A stretch of 57,036 bases of DNA from Candidatus Pacearchaeota archaeon (lineage in GTDB: Archaea; Nanobdellota; Nanobdellia; Pacearchaeales; GW2011-AR1): NCBI GenBank assembly GCA_018303885.1, contig JAGVXG010000004.1, positions 1 to 57,036 on the forward strand, given 5' to 3'. Numbering within the stretch: the first letter of the stretch is position 1; every line of letters begins with the position of its first letter. Below the pieces are notes generated by a model. The model ran no database searches, was not told where the DNA came from, and saw only the letters and a program-made list of their open reading frames with translations. Of this stretch, positions 44,859 to 55,058 are shown piece after piece. A program made the translations under genes and the position numbers.

Positions 44859-45706
44859 AAATCGTTATAATTGGTTCAAAAGGATTTTTGGGGACTAAAG
44901 CAAAAGAGATTTTATCAAAAAATCATGAAATAATAGAAGCAGGAAGGAGCAATGACGGAGAATTTCAATTAGACGCAACAAAAAAAGAAGAAGTAAGGAA
45001 ATTTTTATTAAAACACCAGCCAGATGTTGTTTTAGATACAGTGGCACTGACAAGTTCCACTCAATGTGAGAATAACCCAAAATTAGCAGAAGATCTTAAT
45101 TATCTTACAGCAAAAAATATTTCAGAAGTTTGCCATGAAATCGGCGCAACAATGGTTTTTATGTCCTCCGCATATCTTTTTGATGGTGAAAAGGGTAATT
45201 ACAATGAAAACGATAGAACTTCGCCGATAAATGAATATGCCAGAACAAAAATAATGGCAGAAAAAGAAGTCTTAAAGAACCCAAAATCAATTACTCTTAG
45301 AGTTGATGTTATGTATGGATACAATGGAAAAGGCAAAAAAAATGGAGTTTTTGATATGATTCTTTCTGGAAATCCTATTCAATTAAGGCAACCAGACCAA
45401 TTAAGACAGCCAATTTTCGTTAACGATGTTCCAATAATAATGATTGAACTAATAAAAAAAAATCAGACTGGAATTTTCCACCTTGCCGGACCAGATAGGA
45501 CAATGATGATAGATTTTCTAAAAAATCTGGAATCTTTAGTAAGAAATAACTCAATAATAAGCGTCGGAAGCACAAATAGCAGCGTTGAAATAAAAATCCC
45601 AAAAAATGCGACATTTGATACATCAAAAGTAGAAAATTTAGGAATAAAATTCACTTCTTTTAAAGACGGGCTGGAAAATATGAAAAGAAAATTAGCTGAA
45701 AACTAA
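44855..45706 (+). CDS. dTDP-4-dehydrorhamnose reductase-like (RmlD family)
   Basis: IGSKGFLG, SAYLFDGEKG.Y.E, YARTK, DQLRQP. Confidence 0.87.
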   Translation: MKIVIIGSKGFLGTKAKEILSKNHEIIEAGRSNDGEFQLDATKKEEVRKFLLKHQPDVVLDTVALTSSTQCENNPKLAEDLNYLTAKNISEVCHEIGATMVFMSSAYLFDGEKGNYNENDRTSPINEYARTKIMAEKEVLKNPKSITLRVDVMYGYNGKGKKNGVFDMILSGNPIQLRQPDQLRQPIFVNDVPIIMIELIKKNQTGIFHLAGPDRTMMIDFLKNLESLVRNNSIISVGSTNSSVEIKIPKNATFDTSKVENLGIKFTSFKDGLENMKRKLAEN

Positions 45707-46962
45707 TTCTTGCTTATAACTTTAAATTCAGGCAAAGCTACAATAAACTTTCCGCCACTGTCAAAATAATCCTTTTCCTGTTTTATTATTTCGTCTAAAA
45801 AATGCCATGTATTAACCAAAAGATAATCTGGTTGAGCTTCTCTCATTTTTTCCGGCGAGTTTATTGGAATTAAACTTCCTATGGTTTTCTTTCCCCACTT
45901 ATCAGAATTCATATCTGCAATACAGTCTATTAGATTTGGACTAAGTTCAAAATATTGAAGAACTACATTACCTCTTGTTGAAGCTCCATATATCCAAATT
46001 CTTTTCCCCTTATTTTTTTCCCCCTTCAAAAAACTCATAAGTTTTTCCTTTATTCCATTAATTCTCGACGCAAAATCTAAATAAGGTTTTTCGCTTTCAA
46101 GTCCGGCATTTTTTTCCTCTTCTATTAGACTATTAATTCTTTTTGCAGCCCCTTCAAAACCATTTATTTTTTCAGATTGTTTGAATTTTATATATGTTCT
46201 AACGCTTCCACCATTTATACTATTTTGCTCAACATCAAATATTTCAAGCCCGTGTCTATCCAAAAGATTCTTTAGCGAAATTAATGAATAATATTCTCTG
46301 TGTTCATGCAATATATTGTCAAATGCATTCTGCTTAAGCATAGTCAATAGATAATTCTGCTGAATTATAAACAAACCATTTTCATCCAAAACAGAAGTTA
46401 TATCTTCTAAAAACCTATTTGGATCTTCTAAGTCATAAAACATAGAAATTGCCGTTATAATTTTAGCTTTTTTATCTCCAAAATGACTTCTAAAGTCTTC
46501 AGCATTGAAAAAATTATTTATGACATGATAGCCTTTCATTGAAGCCTCTTTTGCTACATTTCCAGAAGGCTCAAAGCCAACTAAAATAAAATCTTTTTTA
46601 GGATAAAAATCAAGCAGAGTCCCATCATTGCAGCCAATATCAATCACTATATCTTTTTCACTAAGTTCATGTAATTTTTGAGCTTTTTCTACTATATCTT
46701 TTAAATCAGCTTTAATCGTCGAGCTAATTCCAGATCTATACCAGTATTGTTCTCCCCACATTGCTTCAGGAGGAGCGTCATGTTTTAATTGCAGAAGCTT
46801 ACAGTCATTACATAAAACGAGATCAAGTGGAACTCTTATGCCTTTCTCATTTTCTTCTTCAGCAGAAACAAAATTGCTTACATACTGGTTTCCAAAAGAA
46901 ATGATTGAAATCAACTCTTCTGATTGACATAATCTACATCTAAAAATTTCTTTAGTAACCAT
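45703..46962 (-). CDS. Second NDP-hexose C-methyltransferase
   Basis: CRLC/CNDC, YWYRSG, IDIGCNDG, AISMFYDL, HEHREYY, NGGSVR, YGASTRGN. Confidence 0.9.
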   Translation of the reverse strand: MVTKEIFRCRLCQSEELISIISFGNQYVSNFVSAEEENEKGIRVPLDLVLCNDCKLLQLKHDAPPEAMWGEQYWYRSGISSTIKADLKDIVEKAQKLHELSEKDIVIDIGCNDGTLLDFYPKKDFILVGFEPSGNVAKEASMKGYHVINNFFNAEDFRSHFGDKKAKIITAISMFYDLEDPNRFLEDITSVLDENGLFIIQQNYLLTMLKQNAFDNILHEHREYYSLISLKNLLDRHGLEIFDVEQNSINGGSVRTYIKFKQSEKINGFEGAAKRINSLIEEEKNAGLESEKPYLDFASRINGIKEKLMSFLKGEKNKGKRIWIYGASTRGNVVLQYFELSPNLIDCIADMNSDKWGKKTIGSLIPINSPEKMREAQPDYLLVNTWHFLDEIIKQEKDYFDSGGKFIVALPEFKVISKN

Positions 46963-47062
46963 TTTATTAATTTAAATAAATAGCTTATAAATATTTATGT
47001 AACATCTTTTTTATAGTTGAGTAACTCACAATCTTTTTAAATCAAATTTAGTTTATTAGCTT

Positions 47063-48166
47063 ATGAAAAACCTAAAAGTTTATATCAATCCCGGCGTGCA
47101 TCCACAATTTAAGGAAATAACTAGTTTCCCCCCAAAAGGCATAAAATACATCTATGAAGAGCCAAAAGGAGACCACAATTCTAACAGAAAAAGGAGATTT
47201 AGGGAAATTGCAAGTAATTTGCATAGAACAGGCTTCCCGAGGATGGCGTATGTAAAAAATGCCGAAAAATATGATTTAATACATTCAACGCGAGGTATTT
47301 TGCCCCTTAACAAAAAACCATGGATTGTTGATTTAGAGTCTGCAGCAGCTTTTTCTGGCTTAGACTGGAATCATTTACAAAAACCATTGATGCAGAGAAT
47401 AATTAGAAGATTTTTATCTTCTCCACATTGTAAAAAAATACTTCCTCAAAGCGAATCAGCCAAGAAAAGTCTGCTTGAAAATGTTGATTGTTCTGGATTT
47501 GAACATAAGATTGAAACATTATATTTGGCTTATCATACGACTAAACTCAAAAGAAAACATTCAGACACAGTAAGAATTTCTTTCATAGGAAAAGGTTTCT
47601 ATGAAAAAGGCGGCAATGACTTACACGAGGCTTTTAAAATATTAAACAAAAAATACAAGATAAGCTTAAAGTATAAAGGAGATGTTCCAGAAAACAAAAA
47701 ACTGAAACTGCCAAATGTTCATTATTTAGAAAATATTCCAGACCCTAAAAAATTTTATGAAGCAATTTTTGGAGATTGTGATATTTATGTTCAGCCAACA
47801 ATATTCGATAGTTTTGGAGTTTCTATTCTTGAAGCAATGTCTACAGGACTTCCAATCGTTTGTACAGATGACTTTACCCTGCCAGAGCTTGTTGAAGACG
47901 GATATAATGGTTTTTTGGTAAAAAGCCATGCTCACTGGTACGATCACAGGCTTACTCTACACAAATTCTGGACAGAATTAGTTCCAGAGCAACACCCAGA
48001 AACAGTTAAAAAGCTTGTTGAAAAGATATCTATTCTTATAGAAAACAAAAAGCTTCGGGAGCAAATGGGCCGTAATAGTTTTAAATTGGTTTCAACTGGA
48101 AAGTTTTCAATAAAAGAGCGCAACAAAAAATTATTGAAGATTTACAAAGAAGCGTTAGAAGATTGA
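47063..48166 (+). CDS. GT4-family glycosyltransferase
   Basis: DIYVQPT..DSFGVSILEAMSTGLPIV, ELVEDGYNG. Confidence 0.9.
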   Translation: MKNLKVYINPGVHPQFKEITSFPPKGIKYIYEEPKGDHNSNRKRRFREIASNLHRTGFPRMAYVKNAEKYDLIHSTRGILPLNKKPWIVDLESAAAFSGLDWNHLQKPLMQRIIRRFLSSPHCKKILPQSESAKKSLLENVDCSGFEHKIETLYLAYHTTKLKRKHSDTVRISFIGKGFYEKGGNDLHEAFKILNKKYKISLKYKGDVPENKKLKLPNVHYLENIPDPKKFYEAIFGDCDIYVQPTIFDSFGVSILEAMSTGLPIVCTDDFTLPELVEDGYNGFLVKSHAHWYDHRLTLHKFWTELVPEQHPETVKKLVEKISILIENKKLREQMGRNSFKLVSTGKFSIKERNKKLLKIYKEALED

Positions 48167-49101
48167 TCCTGTCTTAGGTAATCCAAGAATTTCCTTATCC
48201 CATCTTCTGTTGGTTGAGGCATTACCTTAAGAATTTTTCTCATCTTGAAAGTATCTGCCTCTAGTTCTTCTACATAATTTAGGTCTTTTGCAATATATTC
48301 TGGTTCTATATCAGTTCCTAAATGATCCTTTATTGTTTTCCATATTTCATTAAATGAAATTCCTTTTCCTGTTCCAACATTGATAATTCCGGTTTCCTCT
48401 ATTTCAGTCGCTTTCATCAGAGCTATTACGACATCATCTACATAAACAAAATCTCTTATTTGATTCCCATCCCCCCATATTACAGGCCTTCTGCCTTCAA
48501 GCGCGTCTTTTGCAAACAAGCAAATAACGCTTGCAAAATCTTTTTTTCTTTCTTCTCCAGGCCCAAAGCCTGCAAAAACTCTCAAGCCAAGGCTTTTTAC
48601 ATGATTAGAATATGAGTGTGCTAAGGCCTCTATAGCGATTTTCGCTGCCGCGTACAAATTATAGCCTATTGGATAAAGCTCCTCACGATGAGGCATCCTA
48701 TTTCCCGCATAAAGGCTTCCCGTAGAAGTGTATATTACCTTTTTTATACCATTTTTTTTAGCAAATTCTAAAACATTGTATAATCCAAATATGGTTTCAT
48801 AATAACATCTCTCTGGATTTCTGTTGAATAAAGTAACTGAGGAGGGCCCTGCCAAGTGAAATATGTACTCTATGTCTTTTGGTGCTTTATCCCATGCCTC
48901 TTTCATTGCAACATCCCCACTAATAATTCTTACTTCATTAATTATAGGAACTTTTTTCTTAGTAATCTCGTAGTCAATATAAGAAAAATTATCTATAGAA
49001 TAAATTTCTGCGCCCTGATTTAATAGCTCTCTTCCAAGATTAGAGCCAAGAAATCCGCTTATTCCTGTTATCAAAACTTTTTTTCCTTTCCAATCCATCA
49101 C
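48142..49101 (-). CDS. NAD-dependent epimerase/dehydratase (extended SDR)
   Basis: TGISGFLG, YAAAK, GDGNQIRDFVYVDD, NVGTG. Confidence 0.9.
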   Translation of the reverse strand: MMDWKGKKVLITGISGFLGSNLGRELLNQGAEIYSIDNFSYIDYEITKKKVPIINEVRIISGDVAMKEAWDKAPKDIEYIFHLAGPSSVTLFNRNPERCYYETIFGLYNVLEFAKKNGIKKVIYTSTGSLYAGNRMPHREELYPIGYNLYAAAKIAIEALAHSYSNHVKSLGLRVFAGFGPGEERKKDFASVICLFAKDALEGRRPVIWGDGNQIRDFVYVDDVVIALMKATEIEETGIINVGTGKGISFNEIWKTIKDHLGTDIEPEYIAKDLNYVEELEADTFKMRKILKVMPQPTEDGIRKFLDYLRQDQSSNASL

Positions 49102-49218
49102 TAAAAGTGCTAAAAATTCTTTTTAAGCTTTATGAAGCTTTTCTATATAATACTCATACTCGCTTATCTAAAAATTAAGCATCATAATCTTTATAAAAGA
49201 AGATTTTATTATTTTTTT

Positions 49219-50103
49219 ATGATAACACAAGGAGTTTTAATTGAAGGATTTGGTCCTTACAGTTTTATTGTAGAAAAAGGATTAGCCAAAGCCATTCTTC
49301 CAGAAGAGGGAAATAAAGATTACTACAAATGGGCAAGAACTAAGCGTAGGGGATTTGATACGGCCTTAGAGGAAAGAATAAAACTTCCTTTTGAAAGTGG
49401 ACTTTTAGTTGTTAGAAACCCTGATGGTTCTATTAAATTTGATGATAGAAAACTTAGATTTAGTGGTTACTCTAAAAGAGGAGATCAATATGTTTTGCAA
49501 GTTGCTCCAACACATTTTGGGGAAATTAAAGCAACAGATATAAGAGCAGCAATGAGTCCAGAATTTGAAAAATATCTTTTAGAAAAAAGCCTAACAGACT
49601 TTGGCGAAGAAATGGCCTATTTTGCTTGTTCTATAGCAGTTAATGCTGTTCCAATAACAAAAGAAGGTTATGTACATGTCTTTAGAAGAAGTGATACTCA
49701 AGAATTATATCCTGGAAGATGGGATGTAATAGGTGGTTTCGTTGAAGTTGGCGATAGAATTTTTGATTTTTACGAAGGAGATATGTCTAAAAAATTTGCA
49801 GAGCTGGTAAATTATAATGCTAAAAAAGAATTTGTTGAAGAAACTGGAATTGATTATAATTTATTTAACTTAACAGGTTTAGTAAGGGGCGCTAATTTTG
49901 TTTTTACACATGAAGCTTTTCTTGATATGAGTACAGAAGAATTTCTTGCAAGATTTTCAAAAACTGGAGACTCTTCAGAGATCGGAAGAGTTTTAGTCCT
50001 TAAATCCTCAAAAGAACTTTCCGGGTTTTTAGAATCAGAAAAAGCTAATACTTCTCCAACAGCCTACCATGCCCTGAGACTTCATTTAAAAAACAGACTA
50101 TAG
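49219..50103 (+). CDS. Nudix-fold protein
   Basis: RRSDTQELYPGRWDVIGG ... KEFVEETGI; start at ATG 49219 supported by CATAATC-TTTATAAA 21 nt upstream. Confidence 0.65.
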   Translation: MITQGVLIEGFGPYSFIVEKGLAKAILPEEGNKDYYKWARTKRRGFDTALEERIKLPFESGLLVVRNPDGSIKFDDRKLRFSGYSKRGDQYVLQVAPTHFGEIKATDIRAAMSPEFEKYLLEKSLTDFGEEMAYFACSIAVNAVPITKEGYVHVFRRSDTQELYPGRWDVIGGFVEVGDRIFDFYEGDMSKKFAELVNYNAKKEFVEETGIDYNLFNLTGLVRGANFVFTHEAFLDMSTEEFLARFSKTGDSSEIGRVLVLKSSKELSGFLESEKANTSPTAYHALRLHLKNRL

Positions 50104-50814
50104 ACTTATAATCCCAGCTCTTACATCTTCTATGAACTTTTCATATCTTTCCGGCGTTCCGATATCTAAGTAATACCCTTCTCCATTAAAAGAAAAAACT
50201 TCCATTTTTTTTATGTATTCTGGAATAAGGTCGTTTTCTAGAGATATAGCAGTCCCTTTTTGTAGTTCTTCTAAAACTTTTTTATTAACAACAAAAGTTC
50301 CAGTTATTGCGAAATTTTTTTTAGAATTGTTCTCTTTTCCATAATATTCCCTAACCACGTTATTTTCAGAGAAGATATGGGCAGACATTCCTTCAGTAAT
50401 TTTGCTTGGAGTTGTGGTTGCTATCGTAATAGAGGAACCACTATTTTTATGAAAAGAAAATAGTGCGGAAAAATCTATATCATGATAGTTATCTCCATTT
50501 ATTACTAAAAAATCATCTTCAAGTAATTCTTCTGCTTGTTTTAATGCTCCAGCAGAGTATAGAGGATATTCTTCATGTGAATACCTGATCCCTATACCAA
50601 AATTTTTGCCGTCACCAAAATACTCTTTTATTTTATCTTCTTGATGGCCAGTACAAAAAATAAAATTTCTCACCCCTTTTTTCTTTAACATCGATAACAA
50701 ATATTCTAAAAAAGGTTTTCCTAATACTGGCACCATTGGCTTAGGTAAATTCATTTTTTCTAAAACAAAACTTAGTCTTGTTCCTTTTCCGCCAACTAAT
50801 ATTACCGCCTGCAT
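50098..50814 (-). CDS. Sugar-phosphate nucleotidyltransferase (HddC-like)
   Basis: LVGGKGTRL, PKPMVPVLGKPFL, INGD, ISLE, YLDIGTPE. Confidence 0.88.
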   Translation of the reverse strand: MQAVILVGGKGTRLSFVLEKMNLPKPMVPVLGKPFLEYLLSMLKKKGVRNFIFCTGHQEDKIKEYFGDGKNFGIGIRYSHEEYPLYSAGALKQAEELLEDDFLVINGDNYHDIDFSALFSFHKNSGSSITIATTTPSKITEGMSAHIFSENNVVREYYGKENNSKKNFAITGTFVVNKKVLEELQKGTAISLENDLIPEYIKKMEVFSFNGEGYYLDIGTPERYEKFIEDVRAGIISL

Positions 50815-50834
50815 TTTATTATTATAAATAACCC

Positions 50835-51968
50835 CTACTTTAACAATTCCACAATCTTCCTGCTAACTCCTTTTTCTCCATATGGGTTTTTAAAATTTTT
50901 AGCCCTTACCTTGTTTTCTTCTATGTCTTCTATGACTTTTCTTGCGTAGCCTAAATTAAGCTTTGTCAGGAAATTTATTCCCGTGGAAAGCCCTTCCTGC
51001 CTTTCTGTTTTTTTTCTAAGAATAACACAGGGCTTTTTGAAAACAAGGCTTTCCTCTTGTATGCTGCCGCCGTCTGTTACAAGATAAAAGCAGTTTGCAA
51101 TCAGAAAAATAAAATGAGAATAGTTCATTAACGGAACAATCTCTATGTTTTCCATTTTTTCAATCTCTTTAAGCAATCCGTACTTTTTCAAGTAATGAGC
51201 CGTGTTGTCATGCAACGGCCAAATCGCCTTTGTTTTTATGTTTCCTAAAATATCAATAATTTTTTTCATTCTTTTTTTATTTTTTAGGTTTTCATGCCTG
51301 TGAATATTTATCAACGCATATTTTCCAAGAGGTTTTTTTAGCCTTTGTTTTTTCGCTTTTTGATAAGATATATATGAAGCATCAACAATAGTATTACCAA
51401 CTTTAACAATGCCTTTCTTTTTTTCTTTTTTCAAGTTTTTTTCACTTAAATCTGATACTGCTAAGAGTATGTCTGAGAACTTATCACTAATTTGCCTCGA
51501 GATTTCTTCTGGAAAAGGCTCAAATAAGCTTCCTGAACGCAATCCAGCTTCCAAATGAACATTTTTCCATCTTTTCCTAGGGTTTAGTATTTTACTTGAA
51601 GCTATTGCAGCAGCTGCAGTGCTCATAGTATCTCCATGATAAATTATGTATTTTGGTTGTAGTTTATTGACTAATCTCTTTATGCGCGATATTATTTTTA
51701 AAAACCATATCAACGCCGCCTTGCTAACCTTAGACCAAAATTTAGTGCTAATCTTTGGCTCTTTGCTAAGAATAAAATCTGGTTTTTTTATACCAAACTC
51801 TTCACAAGCTTTTCCAAGCGGATGCTGTCCGGTGTGAATAAACCAATAATCTTTTTTTTGCGCTTGAAGCCGTAACATTAAAGGCATGCACTTGATAAGC
51901 TCTGCTTTGGTTCCAATAACAATGGCTATTCCTGAATGGCTGTTGACTATCTCATGGCTTTTAAGCAT
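50835..51968 (-). CDS. wecB: UDP-N-acetylglucosamine 2-epimerase (WecB-like)
   Basis: GTKAELIK, HTGQH, GDT, HLEAGLRS, PFPEE, HRHEN, TDGGSIQEE, NPYG. Confidence 0.88.
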   Translation of the reverse strand: MLKSHEIVNSHSGIAIVIGTKAELIKCMPLMLRLQAQKKDYWFIHTGQHPLGKACEEFGIKKPDFILSKEPKISTKFWSKVSKAALIWFLKIISRIKRLVNKLQPKYIIYHGDTMSTAAAAIASSKILNPRKRWKNVHLEAGLRSGSLFEPFPEEISRQISDKFSDILLAVSDLSEKNLKKEKKKGIVKVGNTIVDASYISYQKAKKQRLKKPLGKYALINIHRHENLKNKKRMKKIIDILGNIKTKAIWPLHDNTAHYLKKYGLLKEIEKMENIEIVPLMNYSHFIFLIANCFYLVTDGGSIQEESLVFKKPCVILRKKTERQEGLSTGINFLTKLNLGYARKVIEDIEENKVRAKNFKNPYGEKGVSRKIVELLK

Positions 51969-52059
51969 AAACCTACCTGTAAAGAGCCAGTTTTAAGCTT
52001 TTTGTAAGTAGAAAATCATTCATCTAAATCTTTAAAAATAGATTGGTTTTGAGTTTTTT

Positions 52060-52236
52060 ATGAAATGCAAATGTGGAAATAATATTGATATAAAAATGGG
52101 CTCAAAGTTAATTTCTGAAGGCTGTAGAGTTTTAACAGCAATAACTATTATAGTTACAGCACAATGTGAAAATTGCGGCTCTGTTTTTCAAGTCCCTATT
52201 AAAAGTAATGGTGCAATAATTAAAAAACAAATTTAA
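52060..52236 (+). CDS. 58-aa zinc-ribbon-like protein missed by the ORF track
   Basis: MKCKCG...QCENCGSVF...*; TTTAAAAA box about 21 nt upstream; fills the wecB-aglB gap. Confidence 0.65.
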   Translation: MKCKCGNNIDIKMGSKLISEGCRVLTAITIIVTAQCENCGSVFQVPIKSNGAIIKKQI

Positions 52237-52243
52237 TTAAACT

Positions 52244-54958
52244 TTATTTTGTAAAATCGAAATTATCCATATCAGCATATTCACCAGAAGTCCTTAAAAA
52301 TTCTTCTTTATATAAAATATTTTCCGGATAATCAGTTTTCCATATTTTTATTGGCCCCCTAAAGCCATTAAAGTACGCAAACTCCCCTATACTTGCTCCC
52401 TGGCTGTTTAAATCAGCCAAAACAATGTCTGGCTGCGAATGCGCGAGTTTTACTGTTTCATATTTTTTTGAAGGGTCGTTCAATAAATATAATTGTGCAA
52501 ACAAGCTTTTAGAAACTTTTGGAGATAAGTAAATAGCTGTTCCAATTCTGTCAACCTGAATGCTCCCTTGAGCGTTTTGAGATACTGAAGGAATTATTTT
52601 TATAACTGAATCCAAGCCACTGCTGAAATCTAAAATCTGATTTTCATTTTGAAGATATCTTATAGGAATGGTTATTTGTTTATTATTGTATATGAAAACC
52701 CCAATAGGTTGTTTGAAAGATATGGAGTTATTGCTCTTTAAAACCTCAATAAACAATCCCGCAACTCCTGCGCTACCTGAAGGTAAAAATATTTGGCTGT
52801 CGTTATTTGTTTGGTATACTATATCTTCGTCAACAAAAGTTGACCCTTGATAAACTCTTATTTCACTAGAGTTTGTTTCTCGTGTTTGTGCAGGATTGTA
52901 TAACATGACTGGAATTTGTGCAAACCTATCTTTTCCATTTTCGTCGCTGCCAATTATGCTGTATGCGGAATATTTTCCCAAATCTGTTGAGTCTATCAAT
53001 AAATAAGAGACATTGTAAGACTTCATTAAACTCAATGCAGTTTCTGGTTGCGTTGTTGTTAAAAGATACCTGCCAGTTAAATGGTCCCAGTAACCAAATG
53101 CATGGCCGCCATCAGTCACTGTCGGCCGCTGTCCAATTGTCTGCACCCAATAACCATAATCCCACCAATGCACAAAAATACTGTTTTCTGCAGTATTATC
53201 TCTTACCCATGACATAGCGTACTGCCATTGAATCGAATACTGATTAGGAACAGTATATTTTACTCCATTAGCAGTGGCAGTTTCATAATTTTTGAAAGTC
53301 AAACCAATATAGAAAAGGCTAATCAACAGTAAAATCAATAGGAAAAGTTTCAAAATATCATCTTTTGCTCTTATCCTATGACCTAACAATGCTATAGGCA
53401 AGAAAGCCATTGATATGACAAAAACAGGAGATGAAATCACAAGCAATCTTATTGCCCCTCTTGAAGCCACAATCATTAAAATCGTCAAAGACAGTAAAAA
53501 CAAGTGCGAAAATTCTATATTTTTTAATTTTTCAAGTTTGCCTTCTGCCTTAAGATTTTTTATATAAATGTAAATTAAGGAAACAACAAAAATAAGCAAT
53601 GATCCAAAATATACTAACTGGCTTATGAAGCTTTCTCCGTTAAAGACAGTGCTGTTTGGGGAATACCTTGAAAAAATAAATCCTGTTAAAAATATTATAA
53701 AAGAAGTTATCAATATTCTTTTTTCTATTTTCTCCAAGTTTTTTACTGCCTCAGAAAACAGCAATATCAGGCCAAAAAAGAACATCCAGAAAAAACTTTT
53801 TCCAAAACTGGAAAAAATATCTGTAAGATAAAGCTGCTGATTTTCAGCAACAGTTAACCCTATTCTTGCTCTCCCAAAAGGATAAAGAAGACGTTCTATT
53901 AATTCTTTAAAGATTCCGATAAGAAAATCTGGCTTTATAACTAAAAGCACCAACAATCCAACAAAAACAACCAAAACAAAAGAAACCATTTCTTTTGTTA
54001 TCCATTCTTTTTTAACGATGTTCTTAACTTTTCTCTCAATCTTTTCTCCAATAAAAATATTAACTAATAAAACCAGAAAGACAAATAAAGGAATCGTTGC
54101 GTAAGTAACATCCAAAGCAGCAACTTTAAATCCAGATTTTATTCCTAAAAATAAGAAAGCGGGAATAAACCACAAAAAAAAGACTGTTGTTTCTTTTTTG
54201 CCTACTTTTCCTATAAAAAATGCTATTAACGTCGCCAGCGATAAAGAATAAAGTATGAATCTGAAGCCTCCCCAAGTGAAAATCATTAATATGGTTGAAA
54301 TTCCGGCAGTTAAAGCGAGCAGATAACTTTTATTTATTTTAAAAATCTTTTTTTCATTGTGCCATGCTTTCAAGAAAAAGAAAAAGGAAAGCCAAAAAAA
54401 GAAAAGACCAGCGCTTTCCAGTTCAGGAATGCCTGCAGTTGTTCTGTGCTGCATCAGCGGTACAACAGCATAAACAGCTGTTGCTAGTATTCCTATAAGG
54501 CTCTTTTGGAATTCTTCTTTCTTGTAAAATATCTCCCTGACAAAAAAGAAAAAAACAACTATGCTAAGTCCAAAAAATATCACTGGAAAAATTATTGCGG
54601 CATACTCCAAAGAGACATCACTTGAAAAAAGCTTCAGAAATTTGTAAAGATAAACTATCCCCCACTGAAGAAAATTTTGGTATGGTTCTGCCATGCCAAG
54701 ATATCTCATAGAATCTACGCTTGGCTGCGATCCAGTATCAATAATTTCGTGGGCAAGTCTTAAATAAAGAAAGGGGTCCAAGTCAGGTCCAAGAGTGTAA
54801 TTCCCAGTCGTTGCGTCCTTTAAACCGCTGATATTGGCGGTTCTTATGTATGTTCCTAAAATCAACACCACTAACAGCAAGACTAAAGATGCATAAAGCC
54901 ATTTCTTGCTGTCTTGCCAATTCTCTTTGAATTTAAAGCTAATCTCGCCTTCGACCAT
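52244..54958 (-). CDS. aglB: Archaeal oligosaccharyltransferase AglB (STT3 family)
   Basis: DLDPFLYLR, TVAE (TIxE-like), WWDYG, DSTDLGK (DK-type motif); multiple TMs. Confidence 0.96.
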   Translation of the reverse strand: MVEGEISFKFKENWQDSKKWLYASLVLLLVVLILGTYIRTANISGLKDATTGNYTLGPDLDPFLYLRLAHEIIDTGSQPSVDSMRYLGMAEPYQNFLQWGIVYLYKFLKLFSSDVSLEYAAIIFPVIFFGLSIVVFFFFVREIFYKKEEFQKSLIGILATAVYAVVPLMQHRTTAGIPELESAGLFFFWLSFFFFLKAWHNEKKIFKINKSYLLALTAGISTILMIFTWGGFRFILYSLSLATLIAFFIGKVGKKETTVFFLWFIPAFLFLGIKSGFKVAALDVTYATIPLFVFLVLLVNIFIGEKIERKVKNIVKKEWITKEMVSFVLVVFVGLLVLLVIKPDFLIGIFKELIERLLYPFGRARIGLTVAENQQLYLTDIFSSFGKSFFWMFFFGLILLFSEAVKNLEKIEKRILITSFIIFLTGFIFSRYSPNSTVFNGESFISQLVYFGSLLIFVVSLIYIYIKNLKAEGKLEKLKNIEFSHLFLLSLTILMIVASRGAIRLLVISSPVFVISMAFLPIALLGHRIRAKDDILKLFLLILLLISLFYIGLTFKNYETATANGVKYTVPNQYSIQWQYAMSWVRDNTAENSIFVHWWDYGYWVQTIGQRPTVTDGGHAFGYWDHLTGRYLLTTTQPETALSLMKSYNVSYLLIDSTDLGKYSAYSIIGSDENGKDRFAQIPVMLYNPAQTRETNSSEIRVYQGSTFVDEDIVYQTNNDSQIFLPSGSAGVAGLFIEVLKSNNSISFKQPIGVFIYNNKQITIPIRYLQNENQILDFSSGLDSVIKIIPSVSQNAQGSIQVDRIGTAIYLSPKVSKSLFAQLYLLNDPSKKYETVKLAHSQPDIVLADLNSQGASIGEFAYFNGFRGPIKIWKTDYPENILYKEEFLRTSGEYADMDNFDFTK

Positions 54959-55058
54959 TTTATAAAACGAGAAGGAAAAATCCCTTTAAAACCTTTCCTT
55001 ATAATTCATAGAACCATATTCTATAAGGTTTAAAAATAAAAAATCCCTTGAAATTACC

